The notes beneath the pieces are model-generated. The model saw nothing but the letters and a program-made list of their open reading frames with translations, made no database searches and had not been told where the DNA came from. From Leucoraja erinacea (Eukaryota), in NCBI RefSeq assembly GCF_028641065.1, contig NC_073391.1, positions 15,934,001 to 15,998,000 of the forward strand: a stretch of DNA of 64,000 nt, read 5' to 3'. The first letter of the stretch is position 1, and the number at the start of each line of letters is the position of its first letter. Positions 13,779-26,900 of this stretch are shown piece by piece. Made by a program: the position numbers and the translations under genes.

Positions 13779-15106
13779 CAAGTAGCCTACCAATCTGCAC
13801 GTGTTTGGGATGTGGGAGGAATCTGGAGCAGCTGGAGAAATCCACTTCAATGTCAGGATTGAACTTGGATCAATGACATAGTGAAATGGCATCTTTACAA
13901 ACTGTACAACTGTGCCCCTCCAGCCTGCCTGTGCCAATTGTCCTCCTACAACAACCATTGTCTTGTCCGAACAGTATGACTCCAGCCAGTGAAGGCTTCT
14001 AGTTGTCAGGAACATTAAATATGCTGAGGCTACTCAATGGTGCACTCAGTCAATTGTTACTTTGATGCCAAGGACTGTCATACTCCTACAGAATGATCAG
14101 AGCAGTACACAGCATTTTACCTGCGGCCTAACTACTAGTTCTTACAGTTCCAATGTGACTTCCCTGCTCTTGGTTTCATTGACTGAGACATAGAAGTGAA
14201 GAATCCCATCTGCTTTAACCAGTTTATCCTCTGGTCCCCATAGGTTTTGAACTATTTTAAAAAGCAAGGTGCTGAATAATTTCTTGCACACTGTATTAAT
14301 TCAAAGATACTCTATTGTCACATGTACCCAGGTACAGTGAAATTCGTTGTCTTTGCATACGATGCACAAAGTACGCAACGAGTCACTATGAATCTGGCGT
14401 TGGCAAAGTAACTAAGTACTCATTATAATACTGTGGGTCCCTCTTTGTTCTCTGCCCCCACCCCCTTTGCTCTGGACAGCCCACGGCCTGAGGTTGTACT
14501 TGTACTTTACACTGCATGATGTTTGGTGTGAGAAACTCTATATTACGTGTCATTGGATGCAATAAATTATTTTCAAAATGTGTCACTACATGTGACAATA
14601 CTTTATATAGCTGTTCTATTCCCCTGGAAACTTGGAGAATAGATTTGGCAAAAAATGTTAGCAAAATACTGATTTGACCTCCCAGCACCCCAGTGATTTC
14701 TGGCAAGTGCAAGGTTTGTATGAGGCAGATTATGCAATCAACCTACTTTTCTAGACATTTCTTTTTAAGCAAGGTTACATGCTTATTTAATTTGTTATGT
14801 AAGGCATTTTATTGTATTAATAAACAGAACACGTTGATGTCATTCTTTCTCTGAGGATATAGGCTGCAGTCATCTTCAAGATGAATCCAAATAACCAGAC
14901 ACTTTGCAATATTTCAAACTATGGGAGACTGAGAGTCTGCCAACATGTGATTTTTTTTCCCTTTTGAATCGGTTCGCGTTGCCATGAGCCACATTCTGAA
15001 ACTCACAAATCAGACTCCTCTTGAAATGGCATCCTTCCACACCCTATCCTCTCCACCTACTTCCACCAAACCTGCTGGGACGGGTTTGTTTCACAAATTT
15101 GTCAAG

Positions 15107-15412
15107 GGCAGCACCACGTTGCCGGTGGTCGACTCACAGTGGCAGAGACCCGGGTTTGATACTGACCTTGGGTGCTACCTGTATGGAGTTTGCACGTTCT
15201 TCCTGTGACCGCTCTGGTTTCATCCTGATGCTCCGGTTTCCCCTCTCATCCCAACGATGCGCTGGTTTGGAGGTAAATTGGCTTCTGTAAAAATAAATGC
15301 CCATAATGTGTAGGGAGTAGATGAGAAAGTAAGATAACATATAACTAGTGTGAACGGGTGATTGATGGTGTGGACTGGGTGGGTTGCCGGATATGTTTCC
15401 ATGATGTATATC
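15107..15412 (+). mobile_element. HE1-type tRNA-derived SINE, near full length
   Basis: tRNA-like head with B-box-like GACCCGGGTTTGATAC, body TGTATGGAGTTTGCACGTTCTTCCTGTGACC, and a CR1-like 3' end. Confidence 0.7.
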
Positions 15413-15560
15413 CACAAAATAATAATTTTGTATTAATGAGAACTGTACATTTTAAGATTTCCGTTTAAGAAGGAACAGCAGGTGCTGGAAAATCGAAGGT
15501 GGACAAAAATGCTGGAGAAACTCAGCGGGTGAGGCAGCATCTATGGAGCGAAAGAAATAG

Positions 15561-15592
15561 ACAACGTTTCGGGTCGAGACCCTTCTTCAGAC
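15561..15592 (-). ncRNA. Minimal type I hammerhead ribozyme motif (Penelope-associated)
   Basis: The reverse complement reads GT-CTGAAGA-A-GGGTCTCGACCC-GAAA-CGTT-GT: CUGANGA core, stem II, GAAA, palindromic minimal stem III and an NUH site. Activity is not shown. Confidence 0.6.
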
Positions 15593-15637
15593 TGATTCAG
15601 TTTCTGCATCACTTGCTGCCTTCTTCAGACTGAAGGA

Positions 15638-15670
15638 GTCTGAAGAAGGGTCTCGACCCGAAACGTTGCC
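15638..15670 (+). ncRNA. Minimal type I hammerhead ribozyme motif (Penelope-associated)
   Basis: GT-CTGAAGA-A-GGGTCTCGACCC-GAAA-CGTT-GC with all core nucleotides intact; stem I is very short. Confidence 0.6.
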
Positions 15671-16671
15671 TATTTCCTTCATTTCAAGATTTCCAGCCAT
15701 GTTAAGGTTTTACACTTTCATTTACAATTTGCACAGCCCAGATTCAATGGCACCTACAATTTACATGGTGGATCTTTAGAGCTCCCAAACAGTGCCTAAA
15801 ATAAGGGGTGCATCATGATGCAAGAGGGGATGGCACCCAGCACCATGTCAGGCGTTTTTTAGTTTCTGACCTTTGGAGCGATTGCATACACATCCTGAAT
15901 GTGATGGGATGAACATGCAGGTGTGTATCCATACTTTGTGTGAGACAACTGTAGATGATTGTTGGCAAGGCAGATAATTGCGTCCGCACCTAGAACCTAA
16001 CCTTGCACATGCCTCTGGCACTAATCTGCTACGTGAATTTAGCTCTTTAACACCATTGCAGCCACACCTTTTCTGTGTGTGTTTTTTTGGTGTCTGCACC
16101 TGACTGTATCTAAAGACTCTGCACTAATGCAAGTTTAGATGCAAATGAAACTCGGAGAGTTGTGCAGCTGGATTTCCCCTACAACACTGTATGCTGGTTG
16201 GGGACGGCTTTTCCCTTAAGACATGACTAATTCCTCAGCTCTTCCTCAGAGCTTTAAAACAAAAGAACCAGATTAATGTTATGAGAAAGGTCTTTGACCA
16301 AAATAAATGAGCTGCTTGTTTCCTAATGTTATAAAGTATTTTACATTTAATAATGAGGTCAGTGTTCGTGGACCGTCCCCTCTGTCGTTTCTGCATCACT
16401 TGCTGACGGCTCATTCAGTCTGCCAAATTGCAAAAAACATCCACTGTGGCTGTACACTTTACATGCAGTAGTGAATCCAGTGAGTGGGCAATCACCAACA
16501 ATGTGCCACATGGTTTAGAGAGCGAAACTTTGGTTGCTATATCAATTTCTGTCATAAGGGCCCCAATGGTGTACATTATCCATACAGTGACCTTATTTCT
16601 GTTTGAAATGTACTCAGCAAGGTCTATAGCTATTATTAATCATTTGAAGCCAACTGAACAGACTGTAGCTT

Positions 16672-16940
16672 AGAAAGAACTGCAGATGCTGGAAAATCGC
16701 AGGTAGACAAAAATGCTGGAGAAACTCAGCGGGTGAGGCAGCATCTATGGAGCGAATGAACTAGACGACATTTCGGGTCGAGACCCTTCTTCAGACTGAT
16801 GTGGGGGGGGGGGGGTAGGAAGAAGAAAGGAAGAGGCAGACACAGTGGGCTGTGGGAGAGCTGGGAAGGGGAGGGGAAAGAAGGAGAAAGCAGGGACTAC
16901 CTGAAATTGGAGGTCAATGTTCATACCGCTGGGGTGTAGC
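16672..16940 (-). mobile_element. Penelope-like element 3' end
   Basis: The minus strand encodes the endonuclease C-terminal remnant LHPSGMNID, followed by a pyrimidine tract and a terminal repeat with a hammerhead core (CTGAAGAAGGGTCTCGACCCGAAATGTC, 16767-16794). Confidence 0.75.
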
Positions 16941-17099
16941 TTATGTAATAGTGAACTTGCTATGTGACAATATCAATACCGCTCCACTGAAACAGTCCTT
17001 TGACTCACCATTCCCATGTTGACCATTATTTAGCCTTCCACACTAATGCCATTTTTCAGCACTTGCCCTGTAACCTTGTATGCACAGGTGGTTAGATAA

Positions 17100-17600
17100 C
17101 AGCCAGAGTACAGTGTGCACTCCTGGTCACCACACTTAATGGAATAACATGATCACAGGAGAGGGTGCAGAGGGGAAACACCAAGATGGAGTATATCATT
17201 TATGAGGAAAGAGTAGAAAGCTGGGATTGTTCCCCTTGGAAGTGATAAGGCTGGGATGGGGGGGAGGAAAGAGTTGGACATCTGATTGAGGTACACTAAA
17301 TGCTTGAAGTGCCCCCTGATATGGCAGGAAGTACGAGACCTTTACCCATAACAGTAGTAAATAAAACCAGAGGGGATTTGGAACCTGGAACACACTGTCT
17401 GAGTAGGGAGCGGAGAGAGGGAGAGGGAGGTGGAGACTCCCACAACATTTAAGAACTATCTTGACCAGTACTTGAATCACCAAGGCCTAGAAAGCTACAG
17501 GCCAGTTACTGGAAAATGGGATCAATATAGATGAGTACTCAATGATTGGTGTGGATGTGAAAGGCTGAAGAATTTGTTTCTGTGCCGTATGACACAAAAC
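17100..17600 (+). mobile_element. Degraded CR1 3' end
   Basis: GAGTACAGTGTGCACTCCTGGTCACCACAC (EYxVxxWSP), GAGGGTGCAGAGG, and CR1 3' UTR-like TGTTTCTGTGCCGTATGAC. Confidence 0.6.
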
Positions 17601-20094
17601 TCTGACTTTAACATGGGACGTATTTGCCTACCTGCTCACCGACAATAAGATCAATTTACAACGGATAATTCACACATCAGCCAGCACCTCTCTGGGACAC
17701 AGGAAGACACCGAAGCACGAAGAGGAAACCCTCAGTGTCATCAGGAGAGCGTGCAAACTCCACCCGACGTGTGGGTCGCTGGAGCTGTGAGATGTCTGTG
17801 CCGCCTGCAGTTCCACTGTGCCCTCCCTGTGCTTCTCACAGTAAATGTGCAAATCTCAACAGTTCAAGTTCTGCATTTTGTAGTACGTGGGATTCTGATA
17901 TCAGTTCCTTTGTTCTGGCAGGCTCCATAATGGAATTATGAACTTGGCTAGGAGTACAAGAACAAAATCATTTTGGCATTCCTGGGCAAACTGAATGGCA
18001 TCCAGACAGTGTTTCCAGCTCTTTATACAGCATGTCATAATGTTGGAATTGTCTCAAGGTCAGGATGAATAGTAATTTCTGGCTGGTGAACGCCAGTTTG
18101 GAGCTGTAATGACACGCTGCATTGGTAGCACTGACATTATGAGCAATGGTAGACAAATAATGCCTGCTTTATGCAGCGTTGTTAAGTTTTGAAAATTTAG
18201 GATAAAAGCAGTTTATTTCAGAAAAATAAGTAATTAGAATAACAGAAAAAAAGGCGACTGATGGGATTTGTAAAATATCATTTATTATGTGCAGGATTCA
18301 TTTGTATCTTATGTAAAATTTGATCATCCTCCCAAATGTACTTTATTCTCCTGACATTTTGGGACAGTTGTGTGTATTCCATTTAAACAGCAATGCTTAT
18401 ATGTGTGGGCCTGAATCGGCTCCAGTGCGGAGGACTGCTGCAAAATTAAAATGGCTACCTGACCACAAAGCATGAGGAACAGCAAAGTCGCAGCTTGCCT
18501 TTTCTTTTCCAAGGATTCCCAAGTATTCATTAATAATATTCATTATAGTTCATATTCTGCTAATAAATACGAATGTGAGAGGTGGCAAGAAATATTCATC
18601 TGTAAGCCCCTTCCTTCCGCAAAGTTGATAGGTCCTTCTGCATCCCGAACAACAAAAGGTTTGTCAAAGACATTTTAATAATGATGGCCTTTTCCAACAA
18701 AGACAAAAAGCCTTTCCGAATGTTCGTCCCAGTCGTAGAGAGCGAACAGCTAAATCGTTCATGATAGCACGCAATTGAAAGCAATTTAATGTAAAAACAG
18801 AAAATGCTGGAAGAAATCATAGGTCAGGTAACGTTTGTGAGGAGAGAATAGAGTTAATATTGCTGTGACCTTCCAGCTTTGGGAAGCAATTTTACATTGT
18901 TCAGTCCTTTTAGTAAATGCTATTACCTTAATATTGAGCTGATTACCTACTTTGCAGTTAATATTTCAGACAGATCATAATGGAATAACAATTCCACAAC
19001 GGACAACTTTACCAAAGAAAGACACAAAATGCTGGAGTAACTCTGGGTCATGGAGCATCTCTAGAGATCAAGGATAGGTGACATTTCAGCTCGAGACCCG
19101 TCTTCAGATTATAATGGACGCATATTGTTTTGCTAGAAACTGGCATCTTTGGTTCTGTTTATATCAAGCTCCTTTTTAAAAAAAAATCCTCCAAATTAAA
19201 TCATATCAATTACACTAAACCTACGTTAACTAATTGGAAATGGAAATTCCTAAACTACATCTAAGTACAAGGAGTTTACTTATTAATAGAAATGATGCAT
19301 TTAATTAGATGCTTCTAACAGTGGCTAATTGTTTGTTGGTCTGGATTTGTTATAACTGAGCATATAGACAAACTAGGTGTATGTATCTTCCATATATAGA
19401 CTATATAGACACAAAATGCTGGAGTATCTCAGTGGGGCAGGCAGCATCTCTGGAGAGAAGGAATGGGTGACGTTTCGGGTTGAGACTTATCTTCCATATA
19501 GATCAGCCACTATGGTTTTTCTCCAATATACCCGAAGTAAAACAATTCTAATTTTTTAATATAAATCTAAATTGATCTAATGCAAATTTTATTGCTGCAA
19601 AAGTTAATTGCAGTACATGTTAAAATGCCAAGTATTAAAACATTAATGACAAATGAGCCCCATAAATAGATTGCAGTCATATTGAGATTTGTTAGCAGAT
19701 TTTCTAAGATGTGGCCATAAATTCTGAAAAGAATTTGGACATCAAAATTAATTTCCAGGCATTGTTGATCATAAGAGTCATTAAAACATCATTACTGGAG
19801 AGATAATTAAAGATTTGGTGCCTTATCTGGGCCATCTGTCATCCAAATTGCAAACTTCAATCTGTTCCAGCAGCACAGGGTAAAAGAGTTTCAACATGTA
19901 TGGTAGTAAATAAACATTAAAAAACTGCAGATCCTAGACATCTGAAATAAAAGCTAAATAAAACACAGGAGCTCAGGCAGTGTGTGCGTGTGTGCGTGCG
20001 TGTCAGTGGCATGTCCATTCTGAGACCTTTCATCAGAAAGATCCCGACCTAGGTACCAATGTCCTAGATGTTTTGTAATGTCTGTGCCAGTCTT

Positions 20095-20398
20095 GGTTTA
20101 GCTTAGTTAGAGATACATCATGGCAACAGTCCCTTCGACCCACCGAGACCATGCTGAGCAATGATCATCTGTACACTAGCTCTAAGCCACAAAACTAGGG
20201 ACAATTTACAGAAGCCAATTAACCTACAAACCAGGACGTCTTTGGAATATGCTGGTAAATCAGACGGCACGGAGAAAACTCACACGGTCACAGGGAGAAT
20301 GTACCAACTCCGTACAGACAGCACCCGTAGTCAGGATCGAACCTGGGTCTCTGGAGCTGTAAGGCAACAACTCTATTGCTGCACCATTGTACCATCCC
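20095..20398 (-). mobile_element. HE1-type tRNA-derived SINE, full length
   Basis: The minus strand starts with a tRNA-like head (TGGTGCAGCAATAGAG; CCAGGTTCGATCC B box) and is collinear with 38206-38521. Confidence 0.8.
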
Positions 20399-20518
20399 TG
20401 TAATATTCCTCACTCTGGTATTTAATGTGACATGACAGTGTTCTGTGTGCAATCTAGATGTTCTCACAATAGAAACTTGGGGTACAAAATCACCAGACAG
20501 TTAGCATTGAACAATTTC

Positions 20519-21101
20519 TTCTGCAGTTGTATAGGGCTCTGGTGAGACCATATCTAGAATATTGTGTACAGTTTTGGTCTCCTAATTTGAGGAAGGACAC
20601 CCTTGTGATTGAGGCAGTGCAGCGTAGGTTCACGAGATTGATCCCTGGGTTGGCGGGACTGTCATATGAGGAAAGATTGAAAAGACTAGACTTGTATTCA
20701 CTGGAATTTAGAAGAATGAGGGGGGATCTTATAGAAACATATACATTATTAAAAGGACTGGACAAGCTAGATGCAGGAAAAATGTTCCCAATGTTGGGCG
20801 AGTCCAGAACCAGGGGCCACAGTCTTAGAATAAAGGGGAGGTAATTTAAGACTGAGGTGAGAAAAAACTTTTTCACCCAGAGAGTTGTGAATTTATGGAA
20901 TTCCCTGCAACAGAGGGCAGTGGAGGCCAAATCACTGGATGGATTTAAGAGAGAGCTAGATAGAGCTCTAGGGGCTAATGGAGTCAAGGGATATGGGGAG
21001 GCAGGCACGGGTTATTGATTGGGGACGATCAGCCATGATCACAGTGAATGGCGGTGCTGGCTCGAAGCCTCCTCCTGCACCTATTTTCTATGTTTCTATG
21101 T
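20519..21101 (+). mobile_element. Young 5'-truncated CR1 (HER1-like) LINE
   Basis: ORF 20527-20844 (LYRALVRPYLEYCVQFWSP...VQRRFTRLIPGL...RRMRGDLIETY...RTRGHSLRI) is a CR1 ORF2 C-terminus; (TATGTTTC)n tail. Confidence 0.92.
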
Positions 21102-21587
21102 AACTGGGAAGAACAGGCATGAAGTAAAAGAAGCAAAATTGCAATTGCAAGATTGTAAATGCGCACAGTGGCACAACCCCTATGAATCAGAATACAATCT
21201 TGACCTCCAGTGCTGTCTATGTGGAGTTTGCATGTTCTCTCTGTGACCCTGTGTGCATCCCCAGCTGTATTTGTTTGCTACCATGGACACATGGGTCGTT
21301 AGGTTAATTGGCAACTGTAGATTATCCCAAGTTTGAAGGGGGAGGCTTTTGATGAGAATATATGGAGAGAATAGGTTACAGGGGAAGTTGGTGAGAAATG
21401 GGTTCTTGCTATAAACTGGCAAAGACCCAATGGGCCAATCCTTCCACGTTGCAACCAAATATGGAGATATATGAGCTATAACGAAGTAAACACAGACAGG
21501 CCCTTTATCTTCTGTAGCTCCAGGAAAAAGAGGGATGAATGATTTGTTTGAAGGCTGTTACAGATCTCTGACCTTTTGTCTTAAATG

Positions 21588-22339
21588 CACTAACCCTCTT
21601 TATATAATGGACCATGGGGGGGGGGGCAATGGTGTCCATTCACCAGATTGTCCGCTACAACCAAGTAAGGTATTATCATTGTATGTAGTTGAAACAAACA
21701 GCTGCAGATCATGGTTAATACACAAAAGGACACAAAGTGCTGGAATAACTCAGTGGGTCATATCTGGAGAACATGGATAGGTGACCTTGAGATCCTTCTC
21801 CAGACTGATTCAATCTGCTGAGTTACTCCAGCACTTTGTGTCATTTCACCTTAAAACTAGACGCCGATGCTCCAGGTCTGCACCAGTTGGCGCGGCTGTT
21901 GCAGCTGCTCACGTTGTCGCCCCCGACAGAATGTGTGTTCTTCAGGCTGCCGCTACCGACAGGACGCACTTGGTCACCGTGGTGTCTACCCTCTCACCCA
22001 TCGCTTTGTCCGTTCCCCCGCTGCCGACTCCTCCTTTTCCCCCGCAATCGCCGACATCGTCAAAGGTGGAGCATGTTGGCATCCCGGGGAGAACGGAGGA
22101 GGCCGCGTGGACATAGCGATGGCCAACAGAGAGAAGCGGCAGGACATGAGAGGGGAGGAATCCCCACGGTGAGTGAGTGAGCGAGCGTGTCTTATCGGTA
22201 GTGGCGGCTCAAAGAAAGTGCTATCGCAAGGGGCTACAACGTGAGCCGCATAAAACAACCGCATCAACCAGACCTCGGCAGGTCCATCCGCTATAACTCA
22301 AGCCCGTTACAAAGGGGTCCACTAAATGAGGGTTTACTG
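21588..22339. mobile_element. Tigger/pogo-like MITE with a GC-rich interior, containing a Penelope fold-back (about 21700-21845)
   Basis: Left end CACTAACCCTC...ATGGACC versus right end (reverse complement) CAGTAAACCCTCATTTAGTGGACC. A related relic starts TACAGTAAAACC at 63239. The TA TSD is degraded. Confidence 0.5.
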
Positions 22340-23309
22340 GAGTTTTACCTGACCAAATATTTGCAATTTTTCCCAGTTTGGGTGTTTTCACACGGGTTCG
22401 GGCAGAATTCCATGGTGGGTGGCATGGAGGTGAAATAAAAGGTCATTGTTTTGGCAAGGGCTCTTGGGAAAGAAATGCAGTGGTTGTCGAGGAGGCATTT
22501 TGACATGCGGTGGAAACAAGAATTTTTAAGAAACGCAGAAAAATATATATACACATTCAATGTGATAATTCTTGTGTACTTTGGTATACTCCAATGAGCT
22601 GTGAATCACAATCCTGATATGATAATTAATCTGAAGATTATGAAGTGTTTATAATGAAACCTAGATCAAGAAAAGCAAACACAGATTTGTGCCTCCATCG
22701 TTAAGCAATGCAAAGCAATACAAATGTAATTATTTCAACTTTTGCTCTCTGGCAGAGTATATAATAAATCACTATTAGACATTCCTTAGCGAAAGGATCA
22801 ATGAACTCACAGGCCACAACGTGAAGTAAAATTGGGCAAAACTGAATTAGCACTTATATGGGTAATAATAATTTTGTCCATACTGCATTGGTCAAAGTGT
22901 GACTCAATACTACCATGGTCTAGTCCCATTGGGCTCATTTCAGTCATGGTGTTGTCAGACATTCTAATCTCTTTGTTGATGAAGTTTCCCCAAAATATCT
23001 GCTGGACCTCAGGTGGCCACAAGGGAGCAGCATCAGGAGTAGGCGGCCATCCTGGCACCTCAAACCTGTCCCACCATTCAAGACTATCAAGGCTGATTTG
23101 CCCCAATTCACAACTATTCAGGGCCATAATGGGACTCTGCTTAGCACAGATATAACACCTGTTTCTAAACTCTTCCACAAATGCTCAAAATAGAAATGGT
23201 GTTGGAACTGTAGAGGGTTTTGCACGCTCCTTCCATGCTAAGTTTATAAATTATTGCAGCAGACAGCTGACAGGGGTTATTATTTTTCCTCATATTCAAA
23301 TGTTCTGGT

Positions 23310-23580
23310 CTTAGAATCATACAGTGTGGAAACAGGCCCTCCGGCCCAAGTTGCCCACGCCAACCAACATGCCCCGTCTACATTAGTCCCACCTGCTTGT
23401 GTTTGGCCCACATTTGATCCCTATCCCTGCACCTGTCCAAATGTTTTTTGAAAAAATGTGATAGTACCTGCCTCAACTAACTCCTCAGTGCACCTACCGC
23501 ACTTTGTGTAAAAACAAAGTTGCCCTTCAGGTTCCTATTAAATTTTTTCCCCATCACCTTAAACCCATGTCCTCTGGTTA
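23310..23580 (-). mobile_element. CR1 3' end (second subfamily)
   Basis: TCATACAGTGTGGAAACAGGCCC...GTCCCACCTGC...TACCTGCCTCAACTA...TTCCTATTAAA; same family as 44495, 47650 and 61405. Confidence 0.7.
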
Positions 23581-23718
23581 TATATCTGACTCGTATGTGT
23601 TCCATGCAGTTTACATTGTAGTCCATTGGCAGAGATCACACAGTGCTGCTCAACTCAATGGCTCCACATCAGGTCGTGCCCTCTTAGTCCTTCTTTCCTC
23701 TATGTTCTGCTGCTCTAA

Positions 23719-23944
23719 AGGGCCTGTCCCACTTTCATGACCTAATTCACGACCTTTTTTACTTGTGGACACTTTGCATCAGGCTAGAAAAAACGCCCCG
23801 ACCTACTTGATGCCACGACTACCTACGACTAGCATCACGGCCTACTATGACCTACCTACGACCGCTTACGACCTCGTGACGACCATGCTGCGAGTATGAG
23901 TCAAGGGCAAACTCGGCAGAGGTCGTGAAAGTGGAACAGGCCCT
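23719..23944. mobile_element. PIF/Harbinger-type MITE
   Basis: 25-bp TIR AGGGCCTGTCCCACTTTCATGACCT (2 mismatches), TAA TSD at 23716-23718 and 23945-23947, and internal CTACGA repeats. Confidence 0.9.
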
Positions 23945-26900
23945 TAAGAGTTCTGTTTAGAATGCAGTCTGCTTAAAGGAATCACAAACCGGAACCATTG
24001 GAGAAGCTGATTGTGGACTATCTTCCACAGGCTTAGCCTACTGACTCCCTCTTCTCTCGAGCTGAACTAATTGATGAGCAAATTGGGATTGGGCACAGAC
24101 TTCCTTTTACAAGGAGCTGGTGAAATCTGAGTAAACTTGGCTGCGTACACACTTTTTCCAGAAACTTATTGCCCGATGGACTCATTTAAAAATAATCTGT
24201 CTGTTTATTCATTAGCTGGCAAGGAAGGTCACTTTTTAAAAAATTCGTCATGCAACTGAGAAAAATCAGCAATCTGATATGTCTTTATTGTGTTTATGTT
24301 TTGCAAAGGGTCAAAAGTTTATATGACTTTGGGTTTAGATAATTGAAATGACTATACTTTGTGTCATCTGGTTTGAATAAGAGGCACATTTTTCTTCCTT
24401 TTTATTAATTTGTTTTGTTACCATCCATGCCGTTTGCAAATGATTAATCTTACTACTTTTGAGAGGTTTGTTTTTGGCAAAGGTCCCAGCATCTGCTTTC
24501 AGCTTGGCTGCAGGTACTGATAGTGGGTTGAAAAAAAAAGCCTTCTAATCACCAACAAGTCCAGTGCGATGCAAACTGTAGATTGCTTTAGGTTTCAGTA
24601 AACCTGTTTTCGTGAAGATTAAAAGCAGAGAGTTTTGGTCCTCTGTTAGGCTGCCATACTGAGGTTACTATTGTCCCACGAGTGCGGTCTGCTCTGTTTC
24701 GTGAGTTGGTTAGTTATTCACTTTGTGCCCAGGGTAAGGGAAGTCTGTAGCTTGTGTTCACTGTGTATTGAGCAGCGGGCGTGAGAAGCTTTTGCTGCAG
24801 CTGCTCAATGATGTCTAAGCATCCTGAGTCTTAAAATCATTGAAGTGTAGGATCCAAAGCCATATCTAATTATAACCCTCATGAGCAGACCCACCACGGA
24901 CTAATGGTGGAGTGATTTTATGCAATGAGTTTGCCAGAAACATCCTGGGTTCTGTTTTTGCTCTTTGTTAACACATTGATGGTGATATACAATTGATGCC
25001 ATCTTGTAGAACCGGTTGGAAACAAGAATCAGCCTCTGTTCTCATCAGATTGATGTCCACTGACATGTGGCTGGCCGTTTGTGTGTCAAAAATGAGAAGG
25101 ATTGAACTTGCCTGTGATTTTTATAACCTGCTGGATGATGCGAGCTCTCAAAGCTCATGTGCAAAACTGTGTTTATTGAGCAACACCTCAGAGACTGAAC
25201 AACAGGAGAGATTGTCAGCAACTAAAGCTACTTTACATTTAATCCAGAGGAAGAAAGGGCAGGCTTGAGATATAGAGAAGTACTTTAATGATGTGACATT
25301 GAGTTCCTCTGAGTAACCTTGGCTTGGTGCAAAGTGCAAGATGCGAGAGGATTGATGTGTTGATGGTATATCTCACTGCTTCGCTGCAAAGAGAGAAATC
25401 GGTGCTTTTGACAGCTTGCATTCATCTCCCATTGAATATGTTCGCGTTATTTCTGTGTTGATCGCAGGACTAAAGCACTGAAAGAGTTACAAGTTTATGT
25501 ATATCTGAGCTCGATGGCTATTGCTGAAAAGAAGTCAAAGTTTTGGCCAAAAGAAACACAGTTGAGGGAGGCAGTTGGTGGACTTAAGTAAACTGCAGTA
25601 GTGTTCGAACAGAGCTTCTCCTCTGTGGCTTAAATCCCAGGATAAAATTCAACACGAGTTTCTAATTTAGTTTTATAAGCCAAGTCAAAAGCACTGTAAC
25701 TGAGCTATGTTTGTGTTAGGCCTCAGTAGTGTTCTCCCGCTGGTGGGAAAAGGGGCTGAAGGTTTTTCCCAGAAGCACATGGAGATAATTGATCTGATAA
25801 CTATGTTAATAAAAAAGGCAATTAATTACATCACCTGAAGTTAGGCTGCAGTATTGTTGGATTTGGATTCAAATAAGTAAGTCTGCCCTTTCACCAGCCT
25901 ACTTTATGTAGGCAACCTGTCTCATCGTGTGGTGTTATCAATTACGCAGACAGATGACCTGACTTGTTCCTGAGGACCTGAGCAGCTGTAGGTATGAAAA
26001 GGTCCAGCGGGCGACCAAGCTGCATCTGGGTCTGGTCCAAAAGGAATGTTCCTGGGTTATTAAATGAAGGAATATGGCCGGTTTAAAAAAACGAGGGGAG
26101 CTTATATTTTAATTAGGAGTTCACGGCACTGACACAGTGTGTCTTATTGATTAAGCTTGGTGTCTGGTCAATATTGCTGTGTTTGATTTGCTTTCTGTAA
26201 TCTCTTAGCCCTGATCTCTGTATTTTCATTTGCCCCTTGCATATTTTCTGCTCAACAAGATGAGGAATCTCATTGGCGAGAAAGGGAACAGTTTTGCCAC
26301 ATTGGATACCCCTGAATCACTCCACAGTCAGGTACAGCAGTCAGATATAAAGCTCCCTCTAACTGTCGTTGCTGTTATTTAGTAAACGTTTAAGGCAGCT
26401 GGGCTCCATGTGCTTGAATGGTGCTGTGATCCCACATTCAGCAATCATGTTTGATGGGATTATTTTAAGTGAATGTTAAGTTATTTATTGAATATCATTG
26501 CAAAAAAAAATAGATTCAAAACACCATTTTCTTGTGCTGTAGATTTATCACTTTTTATTTGTAATTGGTAATAATTTTATAATAATTGTAGATGTTTCTG
26601 AATTAGTGTATATCAGTAACTGCTGTTGACTTAGTTTTAGTATCAGAATTATTCTGGCTGTTGCACACTTGATAAGTTTTTCTGCAGTTTTCCCCACTCC
26701 TGTGTCGTGAGAAAAGTACTATTGTTGCGTCATTGTTTTTCAAGTGGTTTAAGATATACAGACCATAATTTGCTGCTATCCAAAATACTCCGTCCTATCT
26801 CATTCCCTTTGATAAAGTTCACGCTCTCGAGTAGATCAAGTAAGTAAAATAGAAAATAATTTTTTAGTAACATCTGTCCTTCGATTGTTTAGTCCATAGC

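Larger units (their letters stand above)
15468..15680. mobile_element. Penelope-derived inverted pair of terminal repeats
   Basis: Minus copy at 15468-15595 followed by plus copy at 15638-15680, with a complex junction between them. Confidence 0.75.

Noticed and set aside
21781-22267. Overlapping ORFs and a possible gene CpG-island promoter
   Set aside because: The ORFs are open because of GC content and resemble no protein; the block lies between MITE-like termini.
24806-24830. Possible C/D-box snoRNA (ATGATG...CTGA), also near 25288
   Set aside because: Imperfect C box, spacing too short and no terminal stem.
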